Source: an uncultured Rhizobium sp. (GTDB lineage: Bacteria; Pseudomonadota; Alphaproteobacteria; SHVZ01). Taken from it: DNA of 47,854 nt. Location of the stretch: NCBI GenBank assembly GCA_964504845.1, contig CAZDGR010000001.1, positions 1-47,854 on the forward strand, given 5' to 3'. Of the stretch, positions 7,903 through 17,046 are shown piece by piece. How positions within the stretch are numbered: position 1 is the stretch's first letter; each line of letters begins with the position of its first letter. The position numbers and the translations under genes were made by a program. The notes under the pieces are model-generated. The model was given only the letters and a program-made list of their open reading frames with translations, had not been told where the DNA came from and did no database searches.

Positions 7903-9432
7903 ATGGGCTCGATCAGTCTCCGCGACGTTTCCGTCATCGCGTCATTTCCCCTCTTCACCGGGCTGAACCTCGTGATCGGCGAGGCCGACCGCCTCGGCCT
8001 CGTCGCCGCCAACGGCGCCGGCAAGACCACGCTGCTCAAATGCCTCGCCGGCCTCGCCGAGCCGAGCGCGGGCGAGATCGTCCGCTCGCGCGGGCTCAAG
8101 GTGGGCATGGTCGAGCAGGACATGCCGGCCAACCTTCTCGACCTGAGCCTCGCCGAGGCGCTGCGCCCCGCGCTGCCGCCGGCCGAGCGTGACACCGAGG
8201 AATGGCGCGTCGGCGTCGTGCTCGACGAGTTCGAGACGCCGGAGACCCTGCGCGACCGCCCGGTGAAGGCCTTGAGCGGCGGCTGGCAGCGCCTCGCGCT
8301 GATCGCCCGCGCCTGGATCGTTCAGCCCGACGCGCTGCTGCTGGACGAGCCGACCAACCATCTCGACCTCGCCAAGATCCAGCTGCTCGAGCGCTGGATT
8401 GCGTCCACCGGCCGCGTGCCGATGGTGATCGCCAGCCACGACCGCCAGTTCCTGGACGCGGTGACGACGAAGACGCTGTTCCTCAGGCCCGATGTCTCGC
8501 GAAGCTTCGCGCATCCCTTCACGCGGGCGCGCCACCTCCTGCGGGAGGAGGACGCGGCCGAGGAGGCGCGGCAGGAAAAGGAGCTGCGCGAAGCCGACCG
8601 TCTCCGCCGCAACGCCGCCGAGCTCAAGAACATCGGCATCAACAGCAGGAGCGACCTGCTGCAGAAGAAGTCGATGCAGCTGAAGGACCGCGCCGAGAGG
8701 ATCGAGCAGAGTCTGAAGTCGCTTCACGTCGAGCGCTCGGCCGGCGAGATCAGGCTCGCGAACCGGGGCACGCATGCGAAGGTGCTGGTCGGCCTCGACG
8801 ACGTGCAGGTTGCGGCACCCGACGGCACGAAGCTGTTCCGGACCGGCCGGCTCGACATCAAGCAGGGCGACCGGATCGTTCTGCTCGGCCGCAACGGCGT
8901 CGGCAAGTCGCAGTTCGTGGGATTGATCCACCGCGCGCTTCGCGCCGGCGAGAGCGGGATGCCGGGCTTCCGCGTCAGCCCCTCGGTCGTGCTGGCTTAT
9001 GTCGACCAGCACATGTCGCAGCTTCCGGCGGAAGAGACGCCGTTCGGCTTCATCGCCGGCACGTTCCGCTTAGGGGATCAGCGGAGCAAAAGCCTGCTTG
9101 CCGCCGCCGGATTCCCCGTCGACCGTCAGGACCGGAAGATCCGGCAGTTCTCGCCCGGTCAGAAGGCGCGCCTGGGATTGCTCGCGCTCAGGCTCGCCGA
9201 GCCCAACTTCTACCTGATGGACGAGCCGACCACGCATGTCGACATCCCCGGCCAGGAAGCGCTCGAGTCCGAGATCCTGACGCACGAGGCGACCTGCCTG
9301 ATCGTCTCGCACGACCGCAGCTTCGTTGCCGCCATCGGCACGCGCTTCCTGCTGATCGAGAAGGGCAGGCTGAACGAGATCGACGCGCCCGAGGAGTTCT
9401 ATGCGACGCTGAACGCGGGGGACGGGCTATGA
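7903..9432 (+). CDS. ABC-F family ATPase (two ABC cassettes, no membrane domain)
   Basis: Walker A GANGAGKTT and GRNGVGKSQ; signatures LSGGWQRL and degenerate FSPGQKARL; Walker B LLLDEPTNHLD and YLMDEPTTHVD. Charged ~80-aa inter-cassette linker. No TM segments. Confidence 0.9.
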   Translation: MGSISLRDVSVIASFPLFTGLNLVIGEADRLGLVAANGAGKTTLLKCLAGLAEPSAGEIVRSRGLKVGMVEQDMPANLLDLSLAEALRPALPPAERDTEEWRVGVVLDEFETPETLRDRPVKALSGGWQRLALIARAWIVQPDALLLDEPTNHLDLAKIQLLERWIASTGRVPMVIASHDRQFLDAVTTKTLFLRPDVSRSFAHPFTRARHLLREEDAAEEARQEKELREADRLRRNAAELKNIGINSRSDLLQKKSMQLKDRAERIEQSLKSLHVERSAGEIRLANRGTHAKVLVGLDDVQVAAPDGTKLFRTGRLDIKQGDRIVLLGRNGVGKSQFVGLIHRALRAGESGMPGFRVSPSVVLAYVDQHMSQLPAEETPFGFIAGTFRLGDQRSKSLLAAAGFPVDRQDRKIRQFSPGQKARLGLLALRLAEPNFYLMDEPTTHVDIPGQEALESEILTHEATCLIVSHDRSFVAAIGTRFLLIEKGRLNEIDAPEEFYATLNAGDGL

Positions 9433-9435
9433 TGC

Positions 9436-9789
9436 CTAGGCGGCATCGCGGATCAGGGCCTCGGCCGGGATCTTCCATTCATCATGAAGGCGCCGGATCA
9501 TCTTGAGCGAAAGTCGGCCGTTGCCGCTCATGATCTCGGACGCGCGGCTGCGGCTGCTGAGGAGCCGTCCGAGGTCGGCCTGCGTGTAGCCCATCTGCTC
9601 CATGCGGAAGCGGATCGCCTCCAGTGCGGTGGGCGCTGTGATCGGGAAGGCTTCCCGTTCGAACTTTTCCGCCAGGATGGCGAGCACCGATAGCTCGGCG
9701 ACCGCATCCGGCGCCGCCGCGTCCATCAGCTCGTCGATCCGCTTCATCGCGGCCTTGTGCTGTGCCTTGGTCTTGATTGGCCTGAGCAT
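9436..9789 (-). CDS. higA: HigA-type antitoxin (XRE-family HTH)
   Basis: HTH segment GYTQADLGRLLSSRSRASEIMSGNGRLSLKMIRRL. Lies 21 nt downstream of the higB stop. A strong SD (GGAGGAA) precedes the second ATG (9789), so that start is preferred over ATG 9804. Confidence 0.8.
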   Translation of the reverse strand: MLRPIKTKAQHKAAMKRIDELMDAAAPDAVAELSVLAILAEKFEREAFPITAPTALEAIRFRMEQMGYTQADLGRLLSSRSRASEIMSGNGRLSLKMIRRLHDEWKIPAEALIRDAA

Positions 9790-9810
9790 TCCAATTTCCT
9801 CCATCGACCG

Positions 9811-10128
9811 TCAAACGGTGGTCGCGTCGATCCTGTCATAGTCCTCATGACTGCCGGCGAACCTGACCCGCACGACGGCGGCGGGATAGTTCACATGGAC
9901 GACGAGCCGATAGCTATTCCCGCAGATGTCGAAGACCACCCGGTTGCCGCCGATGATGTCGGCGCTTCCGTAGACGGCCTTGACGTCCGTAGGCCGGCGC
10001 CAGGCGGCCTTTTCGACTTCTGCCTTCCAGGCCGCGACCCGGCGGTCGAGCGTCCTTCCCTGCTTCGGACGCAAACGCAACTCCCGGGCGATCAGCGCCG
10101 CGATCAGATCGAATCCGACGATGATCAT
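9811..10128 (-). CDS. higB: HigB-type (RelE-fold) mRNA interferase toxin
   Basis: 105 aa. Pattern typical of the HigB toxin family: ...AWKAEVEKAAWRRPTDVKAVYGSADIIGGNRVVFDICGNSYRLVVHVNY..VRVRFAGSHEDYDRID. Toxin-first gene order as in higBA modules. Confidence 0.8.
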   Translation of the reverse strand: MIIVGFDLIAALIARELRLRPKQGRTLDRRVAAWKAEVEKAAWRRPTDVKAVYGSADIIGGNRVVFDICGNSYRLVVHVNYPAAVVRVRFAGSHEDYDRIDATTV

Positions 10129-10144
10129 TGGGTCATGCTATGAT

Positions 10145-10161
10145 GTTCCGTAATTTGGAAC
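10145..10161. promoter_or_regulatory. 17-bp palindrome GTTCC-N7-GGAAC in the higB/DinB-family divergent spacer (candidate HigA operator)
   Basis: GTTCCGTAATTTGGAAC has perfect 5-bp inverted arms. It lies 17 nt upstream of the higB ATG within a 43-nt spacer. Confidence 0.3.
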
Positions 10162-10171
10162 AAGAGGCCGC

Positions 10172-10693
10172 ATGTTCAAGCCCCATTTCGAGATGTTCGC
10201 GGGATACAACGCCTGGGCCAACCGCCGCCTCTACGAAGCCGCGGCGACGCTCACCGAAGGCCAGTACCGGCAGGACCGCGGCGCCTTCTTCAAGTCCATG
10301 CACGGGACGTTGAACCACCTGCTGGTCGGCGACCGCGTGTGGATGCATCGCTTCACCGGCGAGGGCACGCCGCCGGCGAGGCTGGACCTGATCCTGTTCG
10401 AGGATCTCGCCTCGCTTCGTGCGGCGCGCGAGGCCGAGGACCGGCGTATCGTGCAATGGGTGGCGAGCCTCGATGAGGAGAGACTCGCCGGAACCATCCG
10501 CTATCGCCGGGTGACCGGTAAGAGGGAAGCGGTCGAGCAGGCTCTGGCCCCGGCCCTCTCGCACTTCTTCAACCACCAGACCCACCACCGCGGCCAGGCG
10601 CACGCGATCCTGACGAGCTTTGGGAAACGCGATCTGGAGCTTGATCTTCTCTACTACCAGCGGGAGGCCGGGATGGCGGCGGGGAAGGCCTAG
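10172..10693 (+). CDS. DinB-family (four-helix bundle, metal-dependent) protein
   Basis: YNAWANRRLYEAA..., GTLNHLLVGDRVW, FFNHQTHHRGQAHAIL motifs. SD AAGAGG lies 5 nt before the ATG. Confidence 0.8.
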   Translation: MFKPHFEMFAGYNAWANRRLYEAAATLTEGQYRQDRGAFFKSMHGTLNHLLVGDRVWMHRFTGEGTPPARLDLILFEDLASLRAAREAEDRRIVQWVASLDEERLAGTIRYRRVTGKREAVEQALAPALSHFFNHQTHHRGQAHAILTSFGKRDLELDLLYYQREAGMAAGKA

Positions 10694-11151
10694 AAGAGAC
10701 TCTTCTGCCCGCGCTCCAGGTCCAGCAGCGCCTTCTTGGTGTCGACGCCGAGGCCGCCGGAGAAGCCGGTGAGGCCGCCCTGGCCGACGACCCGGTGGCA
10801 GGGGATCACGATCGGGATCGGGTTCGAGCCGCAGGCGCCGCCGACGGCGCGGGCTATCCCGCCGATCGCGCGCGCGACGTCGCCATACTGCTTCACCTCG
10901 CCATAGGGGATCGCCAGCAGCTGGTCCCAGACCTTCTTCTCGAATTCCGTCCCGTTCGGAGCGAGCGGCAGGTCGAACACCGATCGGTCGCCGGCGAAGT
11001 ACTCGTCGAGCTGGCGGCGCGCCTCGACCAGCACCTCGGTCTCGTCGGTGCCGCCCTCGCCGTCGCCGAGCCAGGCGATCTCCGTGATCGCGCCATCCTC
11101 CTCCGTCACCAGCAGCGCCCCGAGCGGGCTATCCACGGTGAGGCGGGGCAT
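10690..11151 (-). CDS. ogt: Methylated-DNA--protein-cysteine methyltransferase
   Basis: Active-site PCHRVV with the surrounding IPIVIPCHRVVGQGGLTGF. 153 aa. Starts 2 nt after the stop of the upstream YyaL-like gene. Confidence 0.9.
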   Translation of the reverse strand: MPRLTVDSPLGALLVTEEDGAITEIAWLGDGEGGTDETEVLVEARRQLDEYFAGDRSVFDLPLAPNGTEFEKKVWDQLLAIPYGEVKQYGDVARAIGGIARAVGGACGSNPIPIVIPCHRVVGQGGLTGFSGGLGVDTKKALLDLERGQKSLF

Positions 11152-11153
11152 CG

Positions 11154-13196
11154 TCAGCGCGGAAGCAGCAGCGGCGGCACCTGCGCCGCCTCGGTTACGG
11201 GGAGCGAGCAGGTCGTGCCCTCGCAGACATAGATGGTGGCCTTGCCGTCGACCTGGCCCTTGCCATGGGCGGGATGGCCCGACGGCAACGCGTCGCCGGG
11301 CGCGATCACCTGCAGCACGCGGTTCGGCAGGCTCAAGGCGGTGACGGCGTCGAGCAGCGCCTTGGTATCCGGCGCCGCACGATCGCCGACGATCACGATC
11401 TGCTGGCCGGCGAGCAGAAGCTCGGCCGCGTTGAGCAAGGTGGAGAACGCCATCGCGCTCCGGCTGATGTCGCCGGAGAAGGCGCCGATCACCGCCTCGG
11501 CGCGATCGCGATAGGCGGCTTCGCCGGTGAGATACCAGAGCCGCGCCAGGTTCGCTGCCTGGGTGCCGTTGCCCGACGGTGTCGCGTTGTCATGGGCATT
11601 GCGGGTGCGGACGATCAGCGCCTCGCCGTCATCGGGCGTGAGGAAATACCCGGCGTTCTGCGCATCCCAGAAATGCGCATCGAGCACCCTCGACCACGCA
11701 CGGGCCCTGGCGAGATAGGCGCCTTCGCCGCTCGCCTCGTAAAGCGCGAGTGCCGCACGGGTCATCTGCGCGTAGTCGTCGAGCAGGCCGGCGTGCTGTG
11801 CCTTGCCGTCGCGGGCGCTGTGCAGCAGGCGGTCCCCGCGGCCATGAACACGTTCGATGTAAGCGAAGGCGGCGCGCGCCTTCTCGAGCCAGTCGGGGCG
11901 CTGGAAGGCGAGCGCCGCATTGGCGAGTGCCGCGATCATCAGCCCGTTCCAGTCGGCGAGCGTCTTGTCGTCGAAGCCCGGGCGGACGCGGCCGGCGCGA
12001 ACCTCGAGCAGCTTCGCGCGAGCGCGGCCGAGAAGCCCCTCCTCGTCCGGCGACAGCAGGTCCGGCGAGCGCGAGCGATTGAGGATCGTCGAGTGCTCCC
12101 AGTTGCCGAGAGCCGTCACGTCATAGGCCCGCTTGAACAACGGGCTCGCCTCGCCCAGGACCTGGTCGATCTCCTTCTCGGTCCAGACGTAGAAGCGGCC
12201 TTCCTCGCCCTCGCTGTCGGCATCGAGCGACGAGGCGAAGCCGCCGTTGCCGACGATCATCTCGTTGAACAGCCAGGCGATGGTTTCCTCGACGCGATGC
12301 TGGTAGAGCGGCGCCTTCATGTCCTGCCAGGCAAGCGTCAAGAGATCGATCAGCTCTGCATTGTCGTAGAGCATCTTCTCGAAATGTGGGACCAGCCACT
12401 CCTCGTCGACCGAGTATCGGGCGAAGCCGCCGCCGAGATGATCGTAGATGCCGCCCTGGCACATGCGGTTCAGCGTCACTGTCACCGCTTCGAGGAAGGG
12501 CTGAAGCCCGGTGCGGATCCAGGCGCGCCACAGCGTCAGGAAGCCCGGCACATTCGGGAACTTGGGCGCCGCGCCGAAGCCGCCGAAGAAAGGATCGACG
12601 TTGCGGGCGAGCGATCGGGCGACCTTGTCGAGATCGTCCAGGCCCGGCATGCCGCCGGCCCGCGACGCGGAGAGCTTGCCGAGCGCGTCCTTCAACGCGC
12701 CGACGTTCTTCGCCACCGTGTCGGGCTGGCGAAGGAAGGTGCCATGCACGCTCTTCAGCACGTCGATGAATCCAGGGCGGCCGTAGCGCGCCGATGGCGG
12801 GAAGTACGTCCCGCCCCAGAACGGCTCGCCGTCGGGCGTGAGGAACATCGTCAGCGGCCAGCCGCCGGACTCGCCGAGCAGCGCCAGCGCCGACTGGTAG
12901 ATCGTGTCGACGTCGGGCCGTTCTTCGCGGTCGACCTTGATGTTCACGAAGAGCTCGTTCATCACCGCAGCGGTCGCGGGATCCTCGAAGCTCTCATGCG
13001 CCATCACGTGGCACCAGTGACAGGCGGCGTAGCCGACCGAGAGCAGCACCGGCACCCCGCGGCGCTTGGCGTCGGCGAAGGCATCCGGTCCCCAGGTCGT
13101 CCAATGGACGGGGTTGTCCTTGTGCTGTAGCAGGTAGGGACTGGTCGCTTGGTCGAGGCGGTTCAAGGACTCTTCCCGTTGGGTAGCGGCGATCAT
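11154..13196 (-). CDS. Thioredoxin-domain protein of the YyaL/DUF255 (SPATA20-like) family
   Basis: [14 protein letters not shown] and [15 protein letters not shown] blocks, followed by a long alpha/alpha-toroid-like C-terminal region. ATG 13196 chosen (alternative TTG 13166). The 125 upstream codons of the track ORF run through mnmE and are rejected. Confidence 0.85.
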   Translation of the reverse strand: MIAATQREESLNRLDQATSPYLLQHKDNPVHWTTWGPDAFADAKRRGVPVLLSVGYAACHWCHVMAHESFEDPATAAVMNELFVNIKVDREERPDVDTIYQSALALLGESGGWPLTMFLTPDGEPFWGGTYFPPSARYGRPGFIDVLKSVHGTFLRQPDTVAKNVGALKDALGKLSASRAGGMPGLDDLDKVARSLARNVDPFFGGFGAAPKFPNVPGFLTLWRAWIRTGLQPFLEAVTVTLNRMCQGGIYDHLGGGFARYSVDEEWLVPHFEKMLYDNAELIDLLTLAWQDMKAPLYQHRVEETIAWLFNEMIVGNGGFASSLDADSEGEEGRFYVWTEKEIDQVLGEASPLFKRAYDVTALGNWEHSTILNRSRSPDLLSPDEEGLLGRARAKLLEVRAGRVRPGFDDKTLADWNGLMIAALANAALAFQRPDWLEKARAAFAYIERVHGRGDRLLHSARDGKAQHAGLLDDYAQMTRAALALYEASGEGAYLARARAWSRVLDAHFWDAQNAGYFLTPDDGEALIVRTRNAHDNATPSGNGTQAANLARLWYLTGEAAYRDRAEAVIGAFSGDISRSAMAFSTLLNAAELLLAGQQIVIVGDRAAPDTKALLDAVTALSLPNRVLQVIAPGDALPSGHPAHGKGQVDGKATIYVCEGTTCSLPVTEAAQVPPLLLPR

Positions 13197-14558
13197 AAGG
13201 GAAAGGCCTTTCCCCAGCAGCCGGGCATCTACGCCTTGGCGACACCGCCCGGCCGTTCGGCGCTGGCGGTGATTCGGCTCTCCGGTGTCGGCGTTCGCGA
13301 GGCGGTCCAGGCGATCGCTGGCCGGTTGCCGCCGCCCCGGGTCGCGACTGTGGCCGAGTTTACCGCGCCTGCCGCGGGCGAGACGCCGGCCGAGGCCATC
13401 GACCGGGGCCTGCTGCTCTGGTTTCCGGCGCCCTTCAGCTATACCGGCGAGGACGGGGCCGAGTTGCAGCTCCATGGCGGGCGGGCGACGGTCGCCGCCG
13501 CGGTCGAGACGCTGGGTCGGCTCGGTCTCCGGGCGGCGGAGCCCGGGGAGTTCACGCGTCGCGCCTTTCACAACCGGAAGCTTGACCTTACCCAGGCCGA
13601 GGCGATCGCCGACCTGACCGAGGCCGAGACCTCGGCACAGCGGAAGCAGGCCCTCCGGCAGCTCGAGGGCGGCTTCGGGGAGCTGGTCGAGGGTTGGCGG
13701 ACCCGATTGGTCAGGGCGATGGCGGTCATCGAAGCCATGCTCGACTTTTCCGACCAGGATCTACCCGATGGGGTCGAGGCACAGGCCCGCTCCGACCTGT
13801 TGTTGTTACGAAATGATATATCGAGTTTTTTGGCCCGGCAGGGGTTCGGGGAGCGCCTCCGGGAGGGGATCCGGGTCGCGATCATCGGCCCTCCGAACGC
13901 CGGCAAGTCGAGCTTGCTGAACGCGCTGGCCCGGCGGGAGGCCGCGATCGTCTCGGCCATTGCCGGAACCACCCGGGACGTGATCGAGGTCCATCTCGAC
14001 CTCGGGGGTGTTCCCGCGGTGGTTGCGGACACGGCCGGCCTTCGTGAGGCGGCCGACGTGATCGAGGCGGAGGGCGTCCGGCGGGCGACCGCATGGGCCA
14101 TGGGGGCCGACATCCGGATCCTGGTCGGGGCGGCGGACGACTGGACCGGTCTCTATCGCCCCGAGGTAAGGTCGGCGACGACCGGGGTCGATCCGGTCCT
14201 CCTGGTGGTGGGGAACAAGGTGGACCTGGCACCGACACCCCCCTTCCTCGACGGGCGTTCCGTCCTTCCCGTTTCGGTAAAGTCAGGAGAGGGAATGGAC
14301 CGCTTCGTGGCCGAGCTGGAGCGCGAGGCGGGCCGCTTGGCCGGAGGCTCCGACGACCCGGCGGTGACTCGAGCCCGGCATCGCGAGGGGCTGATGGCCT
14401 GTATCGAGTCGATAGATCGGGCTTTAAATGAGAGTGAAGGCGAGCTTCGAGCTGAGCAATTACGCATTGCATCTCAGGCACTTGGGCGCATCACCGGGCG
14501 GATCGACGTCGAGGAGGTCCTCGACGCTTTGTTCCGGACTTTCTGCATCGGCAAGTGA
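13149..14558 (+). CDS. mnmE: tRNA modification GTPase MnmE
   Basis: N-terminal [10 protein letters not shown]-domain motifs [24 protein letters not shown]-terminal FCIGK. Start uncertain: only TTG codons (13149, 13179) are available upstream of the conserved N-terminus. Confidence 0.9.
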   Translation: MVEAVQGLFPLGSGDHKGKAFPQQPGIYALATPPGRSALAVIRLSGVGVREAVQAIAGRLPPPRVATVAEFTAPAAGETPAEAIDRGLLLWFPAPFSYTGEDGAELQLHGGRATVAAAVETLGRLGLRAAEPGEFTRRAFHNRKLDLTQAEAIADLTEAETSAQRKQALRQLEGGFGELVEGWRTRLVRAMAVIEAMLDFSDQDLPDGVEAQARSDLLLLRNDISSFLARQGFGERLREGIRVAIIGPPNAGKSSLLNALARREAAIVSAIAGTTRDVIEVHLDLGGVPAVVADTAGLREAADVIEAEGVRRATAWAMGADIRILVGAADDWTGLYRPEVRSATTGVDPVLLVVGNKVDLAPTPPFLDGRSVLPVSVKSGEGMDRFVAELEREAGRLAGGSDDPAVTRARHREGLMACIESIDRALNESEGELRAEQLRIASQALGRITGRIDVEEVLDALFRTFCIGK

Positions 14559-14564
14559 CGCCGC

Positions 14565-14580
14565 TGTTCCACGTGAAACA
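14565..14580. promoter_or_regulatory. parS: parS centromere site (ParB binding)
   Basis: TGTTCCACGTGAAACA is a 16/16 fit to the classical consensus TGTTNCACGTGAAACA. It lies in the 35-nt mnmE-mnmG spacer. Confidence 0.85.
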
Positions 14581-14593
14581 TCCGGCGCGTAAA

Positions 14594-16444
14594 ATGAGCC
14601 CCATGCATTTCGATGTCGTGGTCATTGGCGGCGGTCACGCGGGGACCGAAGCGGCGGCCGCCGCGGCCCGCATGGGGGCCCGGACAGCCCTTGTAACCCA
14701 TCGCCGGGAGACCATCGGCGCCATGTCCTGCAACCCCGCCATCGGGGGTCTGGGCAAGGGTCATCTGGTCCGGGAGATTGACGCCCTCGACGGCATCATG
14801 GGCCGGGCGGCCGACCGCGGCGGCATCCAGTTCCGGGTGCTCAACCGGAGCAAGGGACCGGCTGTCCGGGGGCCTCGTGCCCAGGCCGATCGGCGTCTCT
14901 ACCGGGAAGCAGTCCAGGCTCTGCTCGCCGAGCAGGACAACCTCCAGGTTGTCGAGGGGTCGGTCGAAGATCTGATTTCCGATGGGGACCGGGTGGCCGG
15001 CGTCCGTCTGGGCGACGGACGGGAGATCCGGGCGGGCGCGGTCGTGGTCACTACCGGGACGTTCCTCCGCGGCCTGATCCATCGTGGCGAATCCCAGGAA
15101 TCCGCTGGCCGGATCGGCGAAGCGCCGTCGATCGGTCTCTCGGCGGCCCTCAATCGCCTTGGCTTCTCGCTCGGACGGCTCAAGACCGGAACCCCGCCTC
15201 GCCTCGACGGCCGGACCATCGATTGGGCGGGGCTCGAGATCCAGCATGGCGACGACCCGCCGGAGCCGTTCTCGACCCTCACCGAGCGGATCGAGACGCC
15301 CCAGATCCCCTGCCACATCACCTCGACCACGCCGGCGACCCATGCCCTGATCCGGGCCAATCTGCATCGGGCTCCGATGTATTCGGGCCAGATCGAGAGC
15401 GTCGGCCCCCGCTACTGCCCCTCGATCGAGGACAAGGTGGTCCGCTTCGGCAGCCGCGAGCGGCACCAGATCTTCCTCGAGCCCGAGGGGCTGGACGATC
15501 CCACGGTCTATCCGAACGGGATCTCGACCTCACTGCCGGAGGACGTCCAGGCCGAGCTCGTCCGGACCATCCCGGGGCTGGAAAAGGCCCGGATCCTTCA
15601 GGCCGGCTACGCCATCGAATACGACCACGTTGACCCCCGCGAACTCCGCCCTACCCTGGAAACGCGAAGGATTTCAGGGCTTTTCCTGGCCGGTCAGATC
15701 AACGGGACGACCGGGTACGAGGAGGCGGCGGGCCAGGGATTGCTGGCCGGAATCAATGCCGCCCTCCTTGCCGGCGGCGGGCCGGCCCGGTTCACCCTGG
15801 ACCGGGCCGAGGCCTATATCGGCGTCATGGTCGACGACCTGGTCGGGCGCGGCGTCACCGAGCCCTATCGGATGTTCACGTCCCGGGCTGAATACCGGCT
15901 GAGCCTTCGGGCGGACAACGCCGAACTTCGCCTCACCGGGCGGGGCGAAGCCGTCGGATGTGTCGGCTCAACCCGCCGAAAGTCCTTTGCCGCGAAGTCC
16001 GTCGCTCTCGCGGAGGGTCGAAATCTGCTCGATCGCCTGACCGCGAGCCCAAACGCGCTGGCGAAGCAGGGAATCGCGGTCACTCAGGACGGGCAGATCC
16101 GCTCGGCCTTCGCCCTTTTGTCCTTCCCTGAGGTCACGCTGGCTCGCCTGACGGCCATTTGGCAGGAAATCGAGGAGATCGCGCCCCCTATCCGGGCTCA
16201 GCTAGAGATCGATGGCCGCTATGCGGGGTATCTGCAGCGCCAGGAAAGCGATATCGAGGCCTTTCGCCGCGATGAATCCCTGGCTCTCCCGGAAAATCTC
16301 GACCTGGATTCGGTCGGCGGCCTCTCGAACGAGGTCCGGACCATCCTCAAGACCGTTCGCCCGGCGACGATCGGGGCCGCGTCGCGGCTTTCGGGGGTGA
16401 CGCCGGCCGCCATCGTGGCGCTTCTGCGCCACGCGAAGGCATGA
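14594..16444 (+). CDS. mnmG: tRNA uridine 5-carboxymethylaminomethyl modification enzyme MnmG (GidA)
   Basis: FAD motif [14 protein letters not shown]. Conserved blocks [51 protein letters not shown] 14594 (or 14603) preferred over the GTG at 14555, which would read through parS. Confidence 0.95.
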   Translation: MSPMHFDVVVIGGGHAGTEAAAAAARMGARTALVTHRRETIGAMSCNPAIGGLGKGHLVREIDALDGIMGRAADRGGIQFRVLNRSKGPAVRGPRAQADRRLYREAVQALLAEQDNLQVVEGSVEDLISDGDRVAGVRLGDGREIRAGAVVVTTGTFLRGLIHRGESQESAGRIGEAPSIGLSAALNRLGFSLGRLKTGTPPRLDGRTIDWAGLEIQHGDDPPEPFSTLTERIETPQIPCHITSTTPATHALIRANLHRAPMYSGQIESVGPRYCPSIEDKVVRFGSRERHQIFLEPEGLDDPTVYPNGISTSLPEDVQAELVRTIPGLEKARILQAGYAIEYDHVDPRELRPTLETRRISGLFLAGQINGTTGYEEAAGQGLLAGINAALLAGGGPARFTLDRAEAYIGVMVDDLVGRGVTEPYRMFTSRAEYRLSLRADNAELRLTGRGEAVGCVGSTRRKSFAAKSVALAEGRNLLDRLTASPNALAKQGIAVTQDGQIRSAFALLSFPEVTLARLTAIWQEIEEIAPPIRAQLEIDGRYAGYLQRQESDIEAFRRDESLALPENLDLDSVGGLSNEVRTILKTVRPATIGAASRLSGVTPAAIVALLRHAKA

Positions 16445-17046
16445 CCCCGGGGGAATTCGGGGCTGCGACCAGTGTTTCACGTGAAACACTCGACCGATTC
16501 CGCCTCTACGCCACCCTCCTGACCAAGTGGCAGCGGGCCGTGAACCTGATCGGCAAGTCCACGGCCGCCGATATCTGGGAAAGACACTTCCTCGACTCGG
16601 CCCAGCTCTATCCGCACCTGTCCGAAAGGCCGGGGCTGATCGATTTCGGCAGCGGCGCCGGCTTCCCGGGTGCCGTTCTTGCCCTCCTCGGCGCCCGGGA
16701 CGTCCACCTGGTGGAGTCGGACAGCCGGAAATGTGCGTTCCTCCGCGAGCTCGACCGCCAGCTGGGTCTTGGTATGACGGTCCATGAGGAGCGGATCGAC
16801 CACCTGACCCCCTGGAAGGCCTCCAGTCTGACCGCCCGTGCCCTGGCGAGCCTCCCGAAGCTCCTCGATATGGCCGAGGAGTTCCTCACGCCTGAGACGG
16901 TAATCCTCTTCCCCAAGGGTGAAACCGTCGATCAGGAATTGACGGAGGCATCCAAAGGGTGGAATATGACCGTGTCACGCCTGCCGAGTCGGACAAGTCC
17001 TACGAGCGTAATCCTCAGGCTGACCAGGGTGGAGCGCAAAAAATGA
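16441..17046 (+). CDS. rsmG: 16S rRNA (guanine527-N7)-methyltransferase RsmG (GidB)
   Basis: SAM-binding [11 protein letters not shown]-terminal [13 protein letters not shown] start/stop overlap with mnmG. Confidence 0.9.
   Translation: MTPGEFGAATSVSRETLDRFRLYATLLTKWQRAVNLIGKSTAADIWERHFLDSAQLYPHLSERPGLIDFGSGAGFPGAVLALLGARDVHLVESDSRKCAFLRELDRQLGLGMTVHEERIDHLTPWKASSLTARALASLPKLLDMAEEFLTPETVILFPKGETVDQELTEASKGWNMTVSRLPSRTSPTSVILRLTRVERKK
16473..16488. promoter_or_regulatory. parS: parS centromere site, perfect palindrome, inside rsmG codons 11-16
   Basis: TGTTTCACGTGAAACA is a perfect 16-bp palindrome matching the parS consensus. Confidence 0.9.

Noticed and set aside
10145-10161. Alphaproteobacterial SOS (LexA) box in front of the DinB-family gene
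   Set aside because: The LexA site in this class is a direct repeat GTTC-N7-GTTC. This element is an inverted repeat (GTTCC-N7-GGAAC), which fits a TA-module operator better.
11265-13130. 621-aa plus-strand ORF (similar cases: 5800-7194, 24047-25507, 46269-47516, 14474-15466)
   Set aside because: All lie opposite genes with strong family motifs (YyaL-like, DLH-Qor, porin, PA0069 rSAM, mnmG). All show the Arg/Gly/Ala/Asp-rich composition typical of antisense frames in high-GC genomes.
13197-13571. 125-codon N-terminal extension of the YyaL-like ORF
   Set aside because: It would run through the conserved N-terminal third of mnmE on the other strand. Family members start close to the NRLxxxxSPYLLQH block.
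14555-14593. GTG-initiated extension of mnmG ([13 protein letters not shown]...)
   Set aside because: The extension merely translates the parS site. MnmG proteins begin close to the FAD motif, and ATG codons are available at 14594 and 14603.
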